Position numbers and translations under genes: made by a program
Part shown: positions 1-9,462 of the stretch, piece after piece
Numbering within the stretch: the first letter of the stretch is position 1
How the letters are laid out: the number at the start of each line of letters is the position of its first letter
Notes under the pieces: model-generated
Seen by the model: the letters and a program-made list of their open reading frames with translations, nothing else
Database searches by the model: none
Told to the model about the DNA's origin: nothing
Source: Clostridia bacterium
Lineage (GTDB): Bacteria; Bacillota; Clostridia; Oscillospirales; QAKW01
Length of the DNA: 64,000 bases
Assembly: GCA_017436525.1 (NCBI GenBank)
Contig: JAFSCX010000004.1
Span: forward strand, 4,788-68,787
Direction: 5' to 3'

Positions 1-125
1 TTTGGAGAAGAGCCAAAAGGTCTTGCTGGTGGATCCTCAAAGCAAAAGAGACCTTTGGGGGCGGTTTGACCATCAATTTTTTGAGTTGGAATCCATATTA
101 GAGAATCTATAAAAAGGGGAACACC

Positions 126-1322
126 ATGCTTCAGTATGAGAAACTATCCGAAGAAACAGAACAGCGAATTTTATTGGATCGGCAAACTTGGGGGATGCCT
201 CGGTTTGCTTTTTCGGAGGAGCAGGTTGTGCGGCGGGATGGAGAGCGGGATCGGGCTACTGCCTTGCGGCCGGCATTTATTCGGGATATCGATAAGATCA
301 TCCATTGCCCCTACTACAACCGCTATGCCGATAAAACGCAGGTCTTCTCCTTTTATAAAAATGATGATATTACGCGGCGGGGGCTTCATGTGCAGCTGGT
401 TTCCCGCATTGCCCGCACCATCGGAAGAGCGCTGAATCTGAATTTAGATCTCATTGAAGCGATTGCGCTGGGCCATGATATCGGCCACACCCCCTTCGGC
501 CACGCAGGGGAGGCTTATTTGGATGCGCTTCTTTATAGCTATAGCGAGCGGCATTTCAGCCATAATATCCATTCGGTGCGGGTATTGGATCAGATCTTTC
601 CTTATAATATCTCGCTGCAGACCTTAAGCGGAATTGCCGCCCACGATGGAGAACTGGAACTCGCGGAATATCACCCCGCTCCTTTGCAGGATTTTGAGGA
701 ATTCGATCGCCAGATTGCGGGCTGCTATCAGGATCGCGCCAATGTGAAGCGGTTAATCCCTTCTACCTTGGAAGGGTGTGTCATGCGGATTGCGGATATT
801 ATTGCTTATCTTGGCAAGGATCGGCAGGATGCAGAGCGGGCAGGCTTGAATGGCACTTATGATTATGAGGGCGGGGCGATCGGTGTTCATAATGCAGAGA
901 TTATCAATAATCTTATTGTAAATATTGTAGAGCATAGCTATGGGAAGCCATATATTAAGATGGATGCCGCTCATTTTGAGGCGCTTCAAAAGGCTAAGGC
1001 CGCAAATTATGCTTTGATTTATAAAAATGAGGCGGTTCAATTGCGCCTTTCCCAAACAGTTGCCCCCATGATGGAGCAGCTTTATAAGCAATTGAGAGCA
1101 GATCTTTTGGAGAGGAGAGCGGCATCTCCCATTTTCTCCCATCATATTGATTATATCAATCAAGCACACTATAAGCGAGCAGTCCCTTATGAAGAGACCG
1201 CTCCCGATCAGATAGTGGCAGATTATATTGCCAGCATGACCGATGATTATTTGATCGATCTCTATGCCTATCTTTTCCCCAAAAGCTCTTTGAAAATAGA
1301 ATATAAGAGTTATTTCGAATAA
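126..1322 (+). CDS. HD-domain dNTP (dGTP) triphosphohydrolase-like protein
   Basis: 398-aa ORF with the HD-phosphohydrolase motif ALGHDIGHTPFGHAGE. Length is typical of Dgt-like proteins. RBS AAGGGGA lies upstream of the ATG. Confidence 0.8.
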   Translation: MLQYEKLSEETEQRILLDRQTWGMPRFAFSEEQVVRRDGERDRATALRPAFIRDIDKIIHCPYYNRYADKTQVFSFYKNDDITRRGLHVQLVSRIARTIGRALNLNLDLIEAIALGHDIGHTPFGHAGEAYLDALLYSYSERHFSHNIHSVRVLDQIFPYNISLQTLSGIAAHDGELELAEYHPAPLQDFEEFDRQIAGCYQDRANVKRLIPSTLEGCVMRIADIIAYLGKDRQDAERAGLNGTYDYEGGAIGVHNAEIINNLIVNIVEHSYGKPYIKMDAAHFEALQKAKAANYALIYKNEAVQLRLSQTVAPMMEQLYKQLRADLLERRAASPIFSHHIDYINQAHYKRAVPYEETAPDQIVADYIASMTDDYLIDLYAYLFPKSSLKIEYKSYFE

Positions 1323-1334
1323 CGGTGGTATTTA

Positions 1335-1363
1335 TTGACAATATATTTCATAAATGTTAAAAT
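1335..1363 (+). promoter_or_regulatory. Sigma-70-type promoter for the SPFH gene
   Basis: TTGACA (1335-1340), 17-nt spacer, TAAAAT (1358-1363), about 25 nt upstream of the RBS/ATG at 1389. Confidence 0.5.
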
Positions 1364-1388
1364 ATAAAAAAAGAAAAGGAGATTTACT

Positions 1389-2336
1389 ATGGGACCGTTT
1401 TTTGTCGTATTATTAGTTTTGATTTTGATTTTGATTGTTGCCAATATCAAGATCGTGCCTCAGGCACATGAGTTTGTTATTGAGCTTTTGGGCAAATATC
1501 GCACCACCTGGTCGGCAGGCCTTCATATTAAGATTCCTCTGCTGGAGCGGGTTTCCAAAAGAGTAACCTTAAAGGAGCAGGTGCTGGATTCTCCTCCCCA
1601 GCCGGTTATTACAAAAGATAATGTTACCATGCAGATCGATACCGTGATTTATTACGCGATTTATGATGCAAAGCTTTATGCATACGGCGCAGTTAATCCC
1701 GTATCTGCTTTGGCCAATCTTGCCGCCACTACCCTGCGTAACCTGGTAGGTGAGCTGGAGCTGGATGGAACTCTGACCTCTCGCGATACGATTAATGCGA
1801 AAATGACAGAGATTCTGGATGAAGCCACTGATAAATGGGGCATCAAGGTCCATCGGGTAGAGCTGAGAAATATCATCCCTCCCGCTGAGATTCAAAATGC
1901 CATGGAGAAGCAGATGAAGGCGGAGCGTGATCGCCGCGAGACCATGCTGCAAGCCGAGGGCCATAAGGCCGCCTCTATCACCCGCGCAGAGGGTGAAAAG
2001 CAGGCAATGATCCTTGCGGCAGAGGGTGAGCGGGATGCGCGGATCGCCCGTGCGGAAGGTGAAGCCCGCGCCATCTTCCTTTCTAAAAAAGCAGAGGCAG
2101 ATGGTCTTAGAGAGCTGAAGGAAGCAGGCGCCGATGCTGCCATTTTGGAGCTGAAAAAATATGAAGCGCTGGTCGCTATGGCTAATGGAAAGGCTTCTAA
2201 GATTATTGTACCCACCGATGCGGTGGAGATGACCAAAGCCAATGTGCTTTTCTCCGAAACCACCGGCCTTGGAGATGTAACCCCTGAGGCTCCGGAAGAG
2301 CCCAAAAAGGTTAAAGAAGATCCTTGCTGTGATTAA
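1389..2336 (+). CDS. SPFH/Band-7 (stomatin/prohibitin-like) membrane protein
   Basis: N-terminal TM helix (FFVVLLVLILILIVANI), an SPFH core (IVPQAHEFVIELLGKY...), and an Ala/Glu-rich coiled coil (AEGE/RAEGE repeats). Confidence 0.85.
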   Translation: MGPFFVVLLVLILILIVANIKIVPQAHEFVIELLGKYRTTWSAGLHIKIPLLERVSKRVTLKEQVLDSPPQPVITKDNVTMQIDTVIYYAIYDAKLYAYGAVNPVSALANLAATTLRNLVGELELDGTLTSRDTINAKMTEILDEATDKWGIKVHRVELRNIIPPAEIQNAMEKQMKAERDRRETMLQAEGHKAASITRAEGEKQAMILAAEGERDARIARAEGEARAIFLSKKAEADGLRELKEAGADAAILELKKYEALVAMANGKASKIIVPTDAVEMTKANVLFSETTGLGDVTPEAPEEPKKVKEDPCCD

Positions 2337-2375
2337 AAAATCCCCTTAATGCATAAGCATTAAGGGGATTTTTTT
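2337..2375. terminator. Bidirectional rho-independent terminator between convergent genes
   Basis: AATCCCCTTAATGC / GCATTAAGGGGATT stem flanked by an A-run and a T-run. Confidence 0.8.
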
Positions 2376-3126
2376 ATCCTAAAAGAACGTCTGTTATGAG
2401 CATAATGCAAAAGCCGATCAGAAGGGAGTAGGTAGCCCCGCGCTGGCTGCCGTGGGCATGGGTCTCGGGAATCATCTCATCGCTGATGACATAAAGCATG
2501 GTCCCTCCCGCAAAAGCAAGAGCAAAGGGCAGGATCGCTTGGGAGAGCGCCACTGCAAAATAGCCGATCAAGGTGCCTACTACCTCCACAACACCGGTGA
2601 GTGCGGCGGCAATAAAGGTTCTTGCGGGGGAGACACCCGCCGCCAGCATCGGCCCGATAATCACCATTCCTTCCGGAATGTTTTGCAGAGCAATTCCGCC
2701 TGCGATAATGAGGGCCTGAGCGGGGTCGTCGGAGCCAAATCCCACCCCCGCCGCAATTCCCTCGGGAAGATTATGAATGGCGATGGCACCCACAAACAGC
2801 AGCACCTTGCCAAGTTTTGCATCGGGGTGCTTCTCTTTCTCCACTCCTGCAAGCTTATGAAGATGGGGAACCAGCTTATCGATTAAATTAAGGCAAAGAG
2901 CGCCTGTAAAGATGCCTGCAATCGTAACCAAAAGAGCGAATTTTCCGCCATATTCCAAGGAGGGGAGAATCAGCCCCAATATCGCCGCGGCCAGCATGAC
3001 CCCTGCGGCAAATGCCAGGACAATGTCGGAAAACCGATGGGAAAGCTTTTTGAATAGAAATCCGATCGCAGAGCCGAAAATGGTGGCGCCGCCTACGCCG
3101 AGAGCGGTCAGTAATACCAATCTCAT
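2374..3126 (-). CDS. ZIP-family divalent metal (zinc) transporter, ZupT/GufA-like
   Basis: 250 aa, polytopic. Contains paired HNLPEG and QNIPEG motifs and EMIPETH, which are characteristic of ZIP transporters. Confidence 0.85.
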   Translation of the reverse strand: MRLVLLTALGVGGATIFGSAIGFLFKKLSHRFSDIVLAFAAGVMLAAAILGLILPSLEYGGKFALLVTIAGIFTGALCLNLIDKLVPHLHKLAGVEKEKHPDAKLGKVLLFVGAIAIHNLPEGIAAGVGFGSDDPAQALIIAGGIALQNIPEGMVIIGPMLAAGVSPARTFIAAALTGVVEVVGTLIGYFAVALSQAILPFALAFAGGTMLYVISDEMIPETHAHGSQRGATYSLLIGFCIMLITDVLLG

Positions 3127-3184
3127 ATATCTGCTCCTTTATAGATTTTTTTCTTATTTTATCATATAAACGGGATTTTCGCAA

Positions 3185-4174
3185 TCAATAAGTTTTATAG
3201 TGATCGAAAGTTGCAAAAAAATTTAAGAGTTCTTTTTGATAAGCGTCGGGCGCTGAATAATAGCTCATGCCATGATCGGCATGGGGGATAATCAACATTC
3301 GTTTCGGTCCGGCGCAGGCTTTATAATTTTCATAAGTCATCTCTACCGGTACAAAATGATCCTCCTTCCCATGGATCAGCAAAATCGGGATGGTGCTTTG
3401 GCAGAGCGCATCTAATGTGGAAAAATCGTTGGCCCCGACCTGCAAGGTCTTTTTGCAAAAATGATCTGCCAGCTGCCCCCGCAGGCGATAGGAAAGGTGA
3501 AGATTCTTTTCCGAGACATGCTTCCAAATGGCATGAGGGGAAGTGAAGCCGCAATCAGCGATGATCCCCTTCACATTGCAGGGTAAGCCAAGATCTGCCG
3601 CCATCAATACAGTGGCCGCGCCCATGGAAATGCCGGCAAGATAGAGGGGGAATTTTCCCATTCTTTGATTGACCCATTGAATCCAACATAAGCAATCCTG
3701 CCGCTCTATCAGGCCAAAGCTCATGTGTTCCCCGCCGCTTTCTCCTTGCCCTCGTTGCTCGGCAAAAAGCACATTGCAGCCGGCCTTATGCCAAAAAGAC
3801 GCGATCAAACCAAAATCCCGCGCCCAAGAGGAGCGCCAGCCATGCATGGCGATGATGGTGCGGGCGGGATTTTTGGCAGGATACCAATGGCCTACCAAAG
3901 GAATGCCATCCGCGCCTTTGATCTCGATTTTTTGAGTAGGGAGAGAGCGAAGCTGCTTCTCTCCCTTGCGAAGAGCGCAAAGAAATTCCTTTTGCGGCAG
4001 AATTCCGCTGACCATCTCTCGAACTATTGGGATGTTTTCGATTTTTTTTGCGCCGTTTCGCTCCAGAGCGATTCCGAATAATCGCTTGGTCAGAGCATAA
4101 GAAAAAAATGCCCCGGCGCCAAGGGCTGCTGTGAGAAGAATGAAAAGATGAAGAGCGTGTGATTTTCGGTCCAT
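3185..4174 (-). CDS. Membrane-anchored alpha/beta hydrolase
   Basis: N-terminal TM helix, nucleophile elbow GISMGAAT (GxSxG), a C-terminal HGKEDHFVP/HADHG-type acid/His region. Confidence 0.75.
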   Translation of the reverse strand: MDRKSHALHLFILLTAALGAGAFFSYALTKRLFGIALERNGAKKIENIPIVREMVSGILPQKEFLCALRKGEKQLRSLPTQKIEIKGADGIPLVGHWYPAKNPARTIIAMHGWRSSWARDFGLIASFWHKAGCNVLFAEQRGQGESGGEHMSFGLIERQDCLCWIQWVNQRMGKFPLYLAGISMGAATVLMAADLGLPCNVKGIIADCGFTSPHAIWKHVSEKNLHLSYRLRGQLADHFCKKTLQVGANDFSTLDALCQSTIPILLIHGKEDHFVPVEMTYENYKACAGPKRMLIIPHADHGMSYYSAPDAYQKELLNFFATFDHYKTY

Positions 4175-4385
4175 GATCGATACCTCGTTAAGGATATTAA
4201 TTGTATTTTATTATCACCTTAAATGGTCGGCAATATAGATGTGAATCGTTAAAATAAATTAAAAAGGGGAAAAGGGTGAAAGCTTTATTGCAGTGTTTTA
4301 TTGCTCGAAGACCATTTTCAAGGTAGGAGCATAGAATAAAAGGAGCAAGCATTTGCTCTATAATTCTATGAGGAGAGTAATCAAG

Positions 4386-5531
4386 ATGAATGTTTATAGA
4401 TTTTCAGGCTGCGGCGATGAAGAGTATAGCTACGGTTGCGGAAGAAATTCTGCAAGCAGCTATTCTCATAATGAGCATTGCTGCTGCCCCGTCTGCTGCC
4501 CGGTACAACCCGGTCCCACCGGAGCCACCGGCGCAACAGGCCCTCGGGGCGCGACCGGCCCCACCGGTCCCCAAGGGATTCAAGGGGTCCAAGGCGTTGA
4601 AGGTCCGGCAGGAGCAACCGGTCCTGTCGGTCCTGCCGGATCCCAAGGCGTGCAGGGAATTCAAGGCCCCATCGGCCCCGCAGGACCTACCGGCGCTACC
4701 GGCGCAATCGGCGCAACCGGCCCCACAGGTGCCACAGGTGCCATCGGTCCGATCGGCGCAACCGGTCCCGCAGGTGCTATAGGCGCTACCGGCGCCACAG
4801 GTCCTACCGGTGCTACAGGTGCCACAGGTGCCATCGGTCCGATCGGTGCAACCGGCCCCGCAGGTGCAACCGGCGCCACAGGTCCTATCGGCCCCGCAGG
4901 TGCAACCGGCGCTACAGGAGCTACCGGTTCCGCAGGTGCTACAGGAGCAACCGGCCCTGCAGGAGCTACCGGCGCTACAGGTCCTATCGGCCCCGCGGGT
5001 GCAACCGGCGCTACAGGAGCTACCGGTCCCGCAGGTGCTACAGGAGCAACCGGCCCTGCAGGAGCTACCGGCGCTACCGGCGCAACCGGTGCTACAGGCC
5101 CCGCCGCAGTGCCGGCTTTCTTGCAGGCGCTAAACGAGGAAGCCCAAGCCTCTGCCGCAGAGGGGGCTATTACCTTTGCTACTACGCCCTTGAACGTTGG
5201 TACTGCTGTGAGCCATGCAGATGGGTCTTCGGTGGTTACGGTAGAGGATGAGGGCTACTATTTAGTGGCGTTCCAGACAACCGCCTCTCCCACCGCTTTG
5301 GCAGGTTCGCCTGCTTCTTTGGGGGCTACCCTTTATCAGGATGGTGCGGCCGTTCCGGGGGCGCAAGCAACGGTTTCCTTCACCGATACGGATGAGCTTG
5401 CCACCCTTTCCTTTGTCATCCCCATTGCAGTAGCAAGCACCCCCTCTACGTTGCAGGTGCTTACCGATAGCGCAGGTTTTGATCTCACGCAATCCGCTCT
5501 TACTGTGCAGCGCTTGGGCGATATCGCCTGA
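4386..5531 (+). CDS. Collagen-like triple-helix repeat protein with a BclA-like C-terminal globular domain
   Basis: About 66 uninterrupted G-X-Y triplets ([22 protein letters not shown]...). The N-terminus is Cys-rich ([11 protein letters not shown]...HCCCPVCCP). A non-repetitive beta-rich C-terminal domain of about 145 aa follows. ATG 4386 is preferred over the track's TTG 4353 because AGGAGA lies 8 nt upstream. Confidence 0.85.
   Translation: MNVYRFSGCGDEEYSYGCGRNSASSYSHNEHCCCPVCCPVQPGPTGATGATGPRGATGPTGPQGIQGVQGVEGPAGATGPVGPAGSQGVQGIQGPIGPAGPTGATGAIGATGPTGATGAIGPIGATGPAGAIGATGATGPTGATGATGAIGPIGATGPAGATGATGPIGPAGATGATGATGSAGATGATGPAGATGATGPIGPAGATGATGATGPAGATGATGPAGATGATGATGATGPAAVPAFLQALNEEAQASAAEGAITFATTPLNVGTAVSHADGSSVVTVEDEGYYLVAFQTTASPTALAGSPASLGATLYQDGAAVPGAQATVSFTDTDELATLSFVIPIAVASTPSTLQVLTDSAGFDLTQSALTVQRLGDIA
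4509..5100 (+). repeat. Coding tandem repeat (9-nt GXY periodicity with higher-order 90/99-nt duplications)
   Basis: GGn-nCn-ACn/GCn periodicity. 4881-4979 and 4980-5078 are 99-nt units differing at 3 positions. 4725-4776 and 4815-4866 are about 52 nt with 2 mismatches. Confidence 0.9.
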
Positions 5532-5538
5532 TTCTAAA

Positions 5539-5572
5539 ATGTGCGCCTGCCTCAAAAAAGGCAGGCGCACAT
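5539..5572 (+). other. Perfect 13-bp stem-loop between the collagen-like gene and the glycosyltransferase gene
   Basis: ATGTGCGCCTGCC (5539-5551) / GGCAGGCGCACAT (5560-5572) with an 8-nt loop. No U-tract follows, so it may be a partial terminator or an mRNA-stabilising hairpin. Confidence 0.6.
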
Positions 5573-5589
5573 ATGAAAACGAGGTAAAG

Positions 5590-6642
5590 ATGGTCAGTAT
5601 TTCTCTTTGCATGATTGTAAAAGATGAAGAGGCGGTGCTGGAGCGGTGCCTGAGGAGCGTGGTTGAAGCGGTGGACGAGATCATCATTGCGGATACCGGC
5701 AGTACCGATCGCACCAAAGAGATCGCCGCCGCCTTCACCTCCAAAATATATGATTTTGAGTGGATTGATGATTTTGCAGCCGCCCGTAATTTTGCTTTTT
5801 CCAAGGCCACGATGGATTATCAATTCTGGCTGGATGCCGATGATGTGATGGATCGTGAGAATCTTGATCAGTTGCTTAAATTAAAAGCAACGCTATCCAA
5901 AGATACCGATGTAGTAATGATGGAATATTCGATGGGGGAGAAAGATACCTCTGCTCTTTCCTTCTATCGGGAACGGCTTTTGAGGCGAGAAGCGGGCTTT
6001 CTATGGGAAGGAGCGGTCCATGAAGTGATTGCTCCAAGAGGAAAGATTCTTTATAGCCCCATAATGATCCGCCATAAAAAAGAAAGAATCAGAGATCCCT
6101 TCAGAAATCTTAGGATTTATGAAAAGAAAATAGCAGATAGGTGTAAATTTACACCGCGAGAACGGTATTATTATGCCCGAGAGCTGGTGGATCACCGCCG
6201 TTGGGAGGAGGCAGAGCGGCAGCTGGGGCTTGCTTTGCGCGAAGAGCTTTGGCGGGTGGATCGCATCAATGCCTTAAGGCTGATGAGCCTTTGCCACAGA
6301 GCAAAAGGGGATCATCAAGGAGCATTGCAGATTCTTCTGACTGCCCTTTCCGAAGAGGCGCCCCGCGGGGAGCTTTGCTGCGCCATCGCAGATGCGTTCT
6401 TTGCCTTGCAGGATTGGGAAAACGCAGCCTTTTGGTATGAGCTTGCCCTATCTCGCCCACTGCCTCAGGATGGCTTTATTGAAAAGGATTGCTATGGGCT
6501 GAGCCCTGCTTTGCAGCTTTGCGTCTGCTGCTATAAAACGGGGCAGATAGAGAAGGCAAAGGAATGGAATGAGCGAGCGGCTCAATATGCGCCCGATTGC
6601 CCGCAGGTGGCCTATAATCGCAGTTTCTTTTTGAATCAATAA
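5590..6642 (+). CDS. Family-2 glycosyltransferase with a C-terminal TPR-like domain
   Basis: N-terminus VSISLCMIVKDEE...IIIADTGSTDRT...DDFAAARN...WLDADD matches GT2 DxD architecture. The C-terminal half has helical repeats (WENAAFWYELAL, IEKAKEWNERAAQYAP). The internal ATG at 5590 has a GAGG RBS. Confidence 0.8.
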   Translation: MVSISLCMIVKDEEAVLERCLRSVVEAVDEIIIADTGSTDRTKEIAAAFTSKIYDFEWIDDFAAARNFAFSKATMDYQFWLDADDVMDRENLDQLLKLKATLSKDTDVVMMEYSMGEKDTSALSFYRERLLRREAGFLWEGAVHEVIAPRGKILYSPIMIRHKKERIRDPFRNLRIYEKKIADRCKFTPRERYYYARELVDHRRWEEAERQLGLALREELWRVDRINALRLMSLCHRAKGDHQGALQILLTALSEEAPRGELCCAIADAFFALQDWENAAFWYELALSRPLPQDGFIEKDCYGLSPALQLCVCCYKTGQIEKAKEWNERAAQYAPDCPQVAYNRSFFLNQ

Positions 6643-6681
6643 AAAATGCACTCAGCGTTTGTTATGCTGAGTGCATTTATA
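6641..6681. terminator. Bidirectional terminator (GT gene / pnp)
   Basis: AAATGCACTCAGC / GCTGAGTGCATTT stem between convergent genes. Confidence 0.75.
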
Positions 6682-6693
6682 TTTAGAAGAAAA

Positions 6694-8817
6694 TTAGCCT
6701 TGCGCTTCCTGCTGAGCCTTCTCCATATCGATGAGGGCATCCTTGCGGGAGAGATTATAGCGGCCCTTGGAGTCGATCTCCATGAACTTAACCCAGATCT
6801 CGTCGCCTTCGCTTAAGAGATCCTCTACCTTCTCTACACGCTTTGTATCCAATTTGGAGATATGCACCAAGCCTTCCTTGCCGGGAGCAAACTCAACAAA
6901 TGCGCCAAACTCCATCAGCTTTACAACCTTAGCACGATAGATCTGGCCTACTTCGGGCTCAAATACAATGCCCTTGATAATCTCCATTGCTTCGTTGGAA
7001 GCGGCGGGATTGGAAGCAGAGATGAATACAGAGCCATCGTCCTCAATATCGATCTTAGCGCCGGTATCAGCGACGATCTTCTGGATCACCTTACCGCCGC
7101 TGCCGATCACCTCGCGGATCTTATCGGGATGGATCTTCATGGTGATGATCTTGGGTGCCCAATCCTTTACATCGGCGCGGGGAGCGGCGATGGCGGGAGC
7201 AATGACGTTATCGAGAATATGATAGCGAGCATCGCGGGTCTTGGTAAGAGCCTCGGCAATAATAGCCTCGGTCAAGCCATCCACCTTAATATCCATCTGG
7301 ATGGCGGTAATACCCTTCTTGGTACCTGCTACCTTAAAGTCCATATCACCGAAGAAATCTTCGATACCCTGAATATCAACCATGGTTACAAAGCTATCAT
7401 CGGGGCGGGTGATCAAGCCGCAGGAGATTCCTGCTACGGGAGCAGAAATGGGCACACCGGCATCCATCAGCGCCAAAGTAGAGCCGCAGATGGCGCCCTG
7501 AGAGGTAGAACCATTGGAGGTCAATACATCGGATACCAAGCGGATGGTATAGGGGAATACATCGGCAGAAGGAATAACAGGCTCCAGCGCACGCTCTGCC
7601 AAAGCACCATGGCCGATCTCGCGGCGGCCGGGGCTTCTGGAGGGGCGAGCCTCGCCGACAGTGAAGGAAGGCATATTATAATGATGCAGATAGCGCTTGC
7701 TCTCTACATTGTCCAGCCCATCCAGCAGCTGCTCCTCGCTGACCATACCTAAGGTACATACCGTCATAACCTGCGTCTTGCCGCGGGCAAAGAGGCCGCA
7801 ACCATGGACCTTGGGAAGAAGATCAACCTCAGCCCAGAGGGGGCGCATATCGTTGAGGCCGCGGCCATCAACACGCTTGCCCTCTTCGGAGATCCAATTA
7901 CGAACGATATATTTTTGCAGCTTATACATGCAATCATCAACCAAAGAAGCGTTTTCGCCCAACTGCTCATCAAACTTGGCATGGACCTTATCGGTTACAG
8001 CTTTGATTGCCTGATCCCGCTCCTGCTTCTCATAAACAACCAGAGCAGCCTTGGTATCCTCTTCGGCGAAATTCTTAACAGCCTCAAAAAGATCAGCGGG
8101 GACATCATAGGATTCAAAGGTAAATTTCTCTTTGCCAAGCTCTGCCACAATGCTATTGATGAAAGCGATGATCTCGGCATTGGCCTTATGACCGGTCATG
8201 ATGGCTTCCAGCATCTTATCCTCGGGCACTTCCTTGGCGCCGGCCTCGATCATGGTAACCTTCTTCTCGGTGGAAGCAACGGTTACAGCCATCAAAGATT
8301 TTTCTCTCTGCTCCTCGGTGGGGTTGAGGACAATCTCACCGTCTACCAAACCAACGGATACACCGCTGATGGGGCCGTTGAAGGGAATATCGGAGATAGA
8401 AAGGGCCACAGAAGCACCGATCATCCCAACGATCTCGGGGATGCAATCCTGATCCACTGCCATAACAGTGAGGTTGACATTTACATCATTACGCATATCC
8501 TTGGGGAAGAGGGGGCGGATAGAGCGGTCGATGACGCGGCTGCTCAAAATAGCCTTCTCAGAGGGGCGACCCTCTCTCTTCAAAAAGCCGCCGGGGATTT
8601 TTCCTGCAGCATACATCCGCTCTTCAAAGTCCACGGAAAGGGGGAAGAAGTCGATCCCATCGCGGGGCTTTGCGGCGGCAGTGGCGGTGGCAAGAATTAC
8701 GGTATCGCCATAGCGAACCAAAGCGCTGCCGTTGGCCAACTGAGCAAACTTTCCGGTCTCCACGATCAAGGGGCGGCCGGCAAACTCGGTTTTGAAAATC
8801 TTATGGTTTTCGTACAT
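6694..8817 (-). CDS. pnp: Polyribonucleotide nucleotidyltransferase (PNPase)
   Basis: 707 aa. Duplicated RNase PH-like cores plus C-terminal KH (GGKVIQKIVADTGAKIDIEDDG) and S1 (GQIYRAKVVKLMEFGAFVEF) domains. Canonical position downstream of rpsO. Confidence 0.97.
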   Translation of the reverse strand: MYENHKIFKTEFAGRPLIVETGKFAQLANGSALVRYGDTVILATATAAAKPRDGIDFFPLSVDFEERMYAAGKIPGGFLKREGRPSEKAILSSRVIDRSIRPLFPKDMRNDVNVNLTVMAVDQDCIPEIVGMIGASVALSISDIPFNGPISGVSVGLVDGEIVLNPTEEQREKSLMAVTVASTEKKVTMIEAGAKEVPEDKMLEAIMTGHKANAEIIAFINSIVAELGKEKFTFESYDVPADLFEAVKNFAEEDTKAALVVYEKQERDQAIKAVTDKVHAKFDEQLGENASLVDDCMYKLQKYIVRNWISEEGKRVDGRGLNDMRPLWAEVDLLPKVHGCGLFARGKTQVMTVCTLGMVSEEQLLDGLDNVESKRYLHHYNMPSFTVGEARPSRSPGRREIGHGALAERALEPVIPSADVFPYTIRLVSDVLTSNGSTSQGAICGSTLALMDAGVPISAPVAGISCGLITRPDDSFVTMVDIQGIEDFFGDMDFKVAGTKKGITAIQMDIKVDGLTEAIIAEALTKTRDARYHILDNVIAPAIAAPRADVKDWAPKIITMKIHPDKIREVIGSGGKVIQKIVADTGAKIDIEDDGSVFISASNPAASNEAMEIIKGIVFEPEVGQIYRAKVVKLMEFGAFVEFAPGKEGLVHISKLDTKRVEKVEDLLSEGDEIWVKFMEIDSKGRYNLSRKDALIDMEKAQQEAQG

Positions 8818-8986
8818 GTTTCAAATTCTCCTTCTTGATTTTTTCTTCCATTTCAAGAGGACCATTTTAGCACTTAATCCAAAAGTCTTTTTTGAAAAAC
8901 TTCTCGATTAACTGCTAAATGCGCCGCTCCCAAAATGGGAAAGAGGCAGAAAGAGGAAAAATCCTCTCTCCGCCTGCTTTTTTTAA

Positions 8987-9253
8987 TTACTTTCTGATGT
9001 TGAGCTTTTCGATGATCGCACGATAACGATTGATATCGGTCTTGGTCAGGTAGTTCAGAAGATTTCTTCTGTTACCAACCATTTTCAGCAGACCGCGACG
9101 GGAATGATGGTCGTTGGGGTTCTGCTTCAGATGCTCAGTCAGCTCGTTGATTCTTGCAGTAAGGATCGCGATCTGAACCTCGGGAGAACCGGTGTCCTTC
9201 TCATGAAGCTTATTCGCTGCAATTACAGAATCTTTGATTTCTTTCTTCAGCAT
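8987..9253 (-). CDS. rpsO: 30S ribosomal protein S15
   Basis: 88 aa with ...[49 protein letters not shown]. Confidence 0.97.
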   Translation of the reverse strand: MLKKEIKDSVIAANKLHEKDTGSPEVQIAILTARINELTEHLKQNPNDHHSRRGLLKMVGNRRNLLNYLTKTDINRYRAIIEKLNIRK

Positions 9254-9462
9254 AGCATGATCTCACCTTTCTATAAATTTGTCCGGCCGGAACTGAGACG
9301 CCGCTCGGTGAGGGGCGAACATCCAAGTTCGGTTACACTGACAATTTCGAATTATACTACATCTTTTCAAAAAAGTAAATACCTTTTTTATTTTTCTTTC
9401 AAACCTTGCATTTTACTTTCCTTAATTGTATAATAACTATAATATATTAAAATGGAGTTATT

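Noticed and set aside
1-69. A possible 3' end of an upstream plus-strand gene (frame 1 reads ...FGEEPKGLAGGSSKQKRPLGAV then a stop at 67-69).
   Set aside because: Only 22 codons are visible, with no recognisable motif, so I cannot support a call.
4390-5133. Alternative-frame and antisense ORFs across the collagen repeat (4390-4782, 4810-5133, 4661-4879, 4404-4664).
   Set aside because: They are by-products of the 9-nt GXY codon periodicity, giving Pro/Ala/Gln/Val-rich nonsense. Only the G-X-Y frame continues into a structured C-terminal domain and has a good RBS.
9254-9462. An S15 autoregulatory leader upstream of rpsO, and an S2-type leader upstream of rpsB (59419-59530).
   Set aside because: Both 5' regions contain complementary segments and plausible promoters. 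I cannot match them to a defined leader consensus by eye, so they are mentioned only as possibilities and not called as features.
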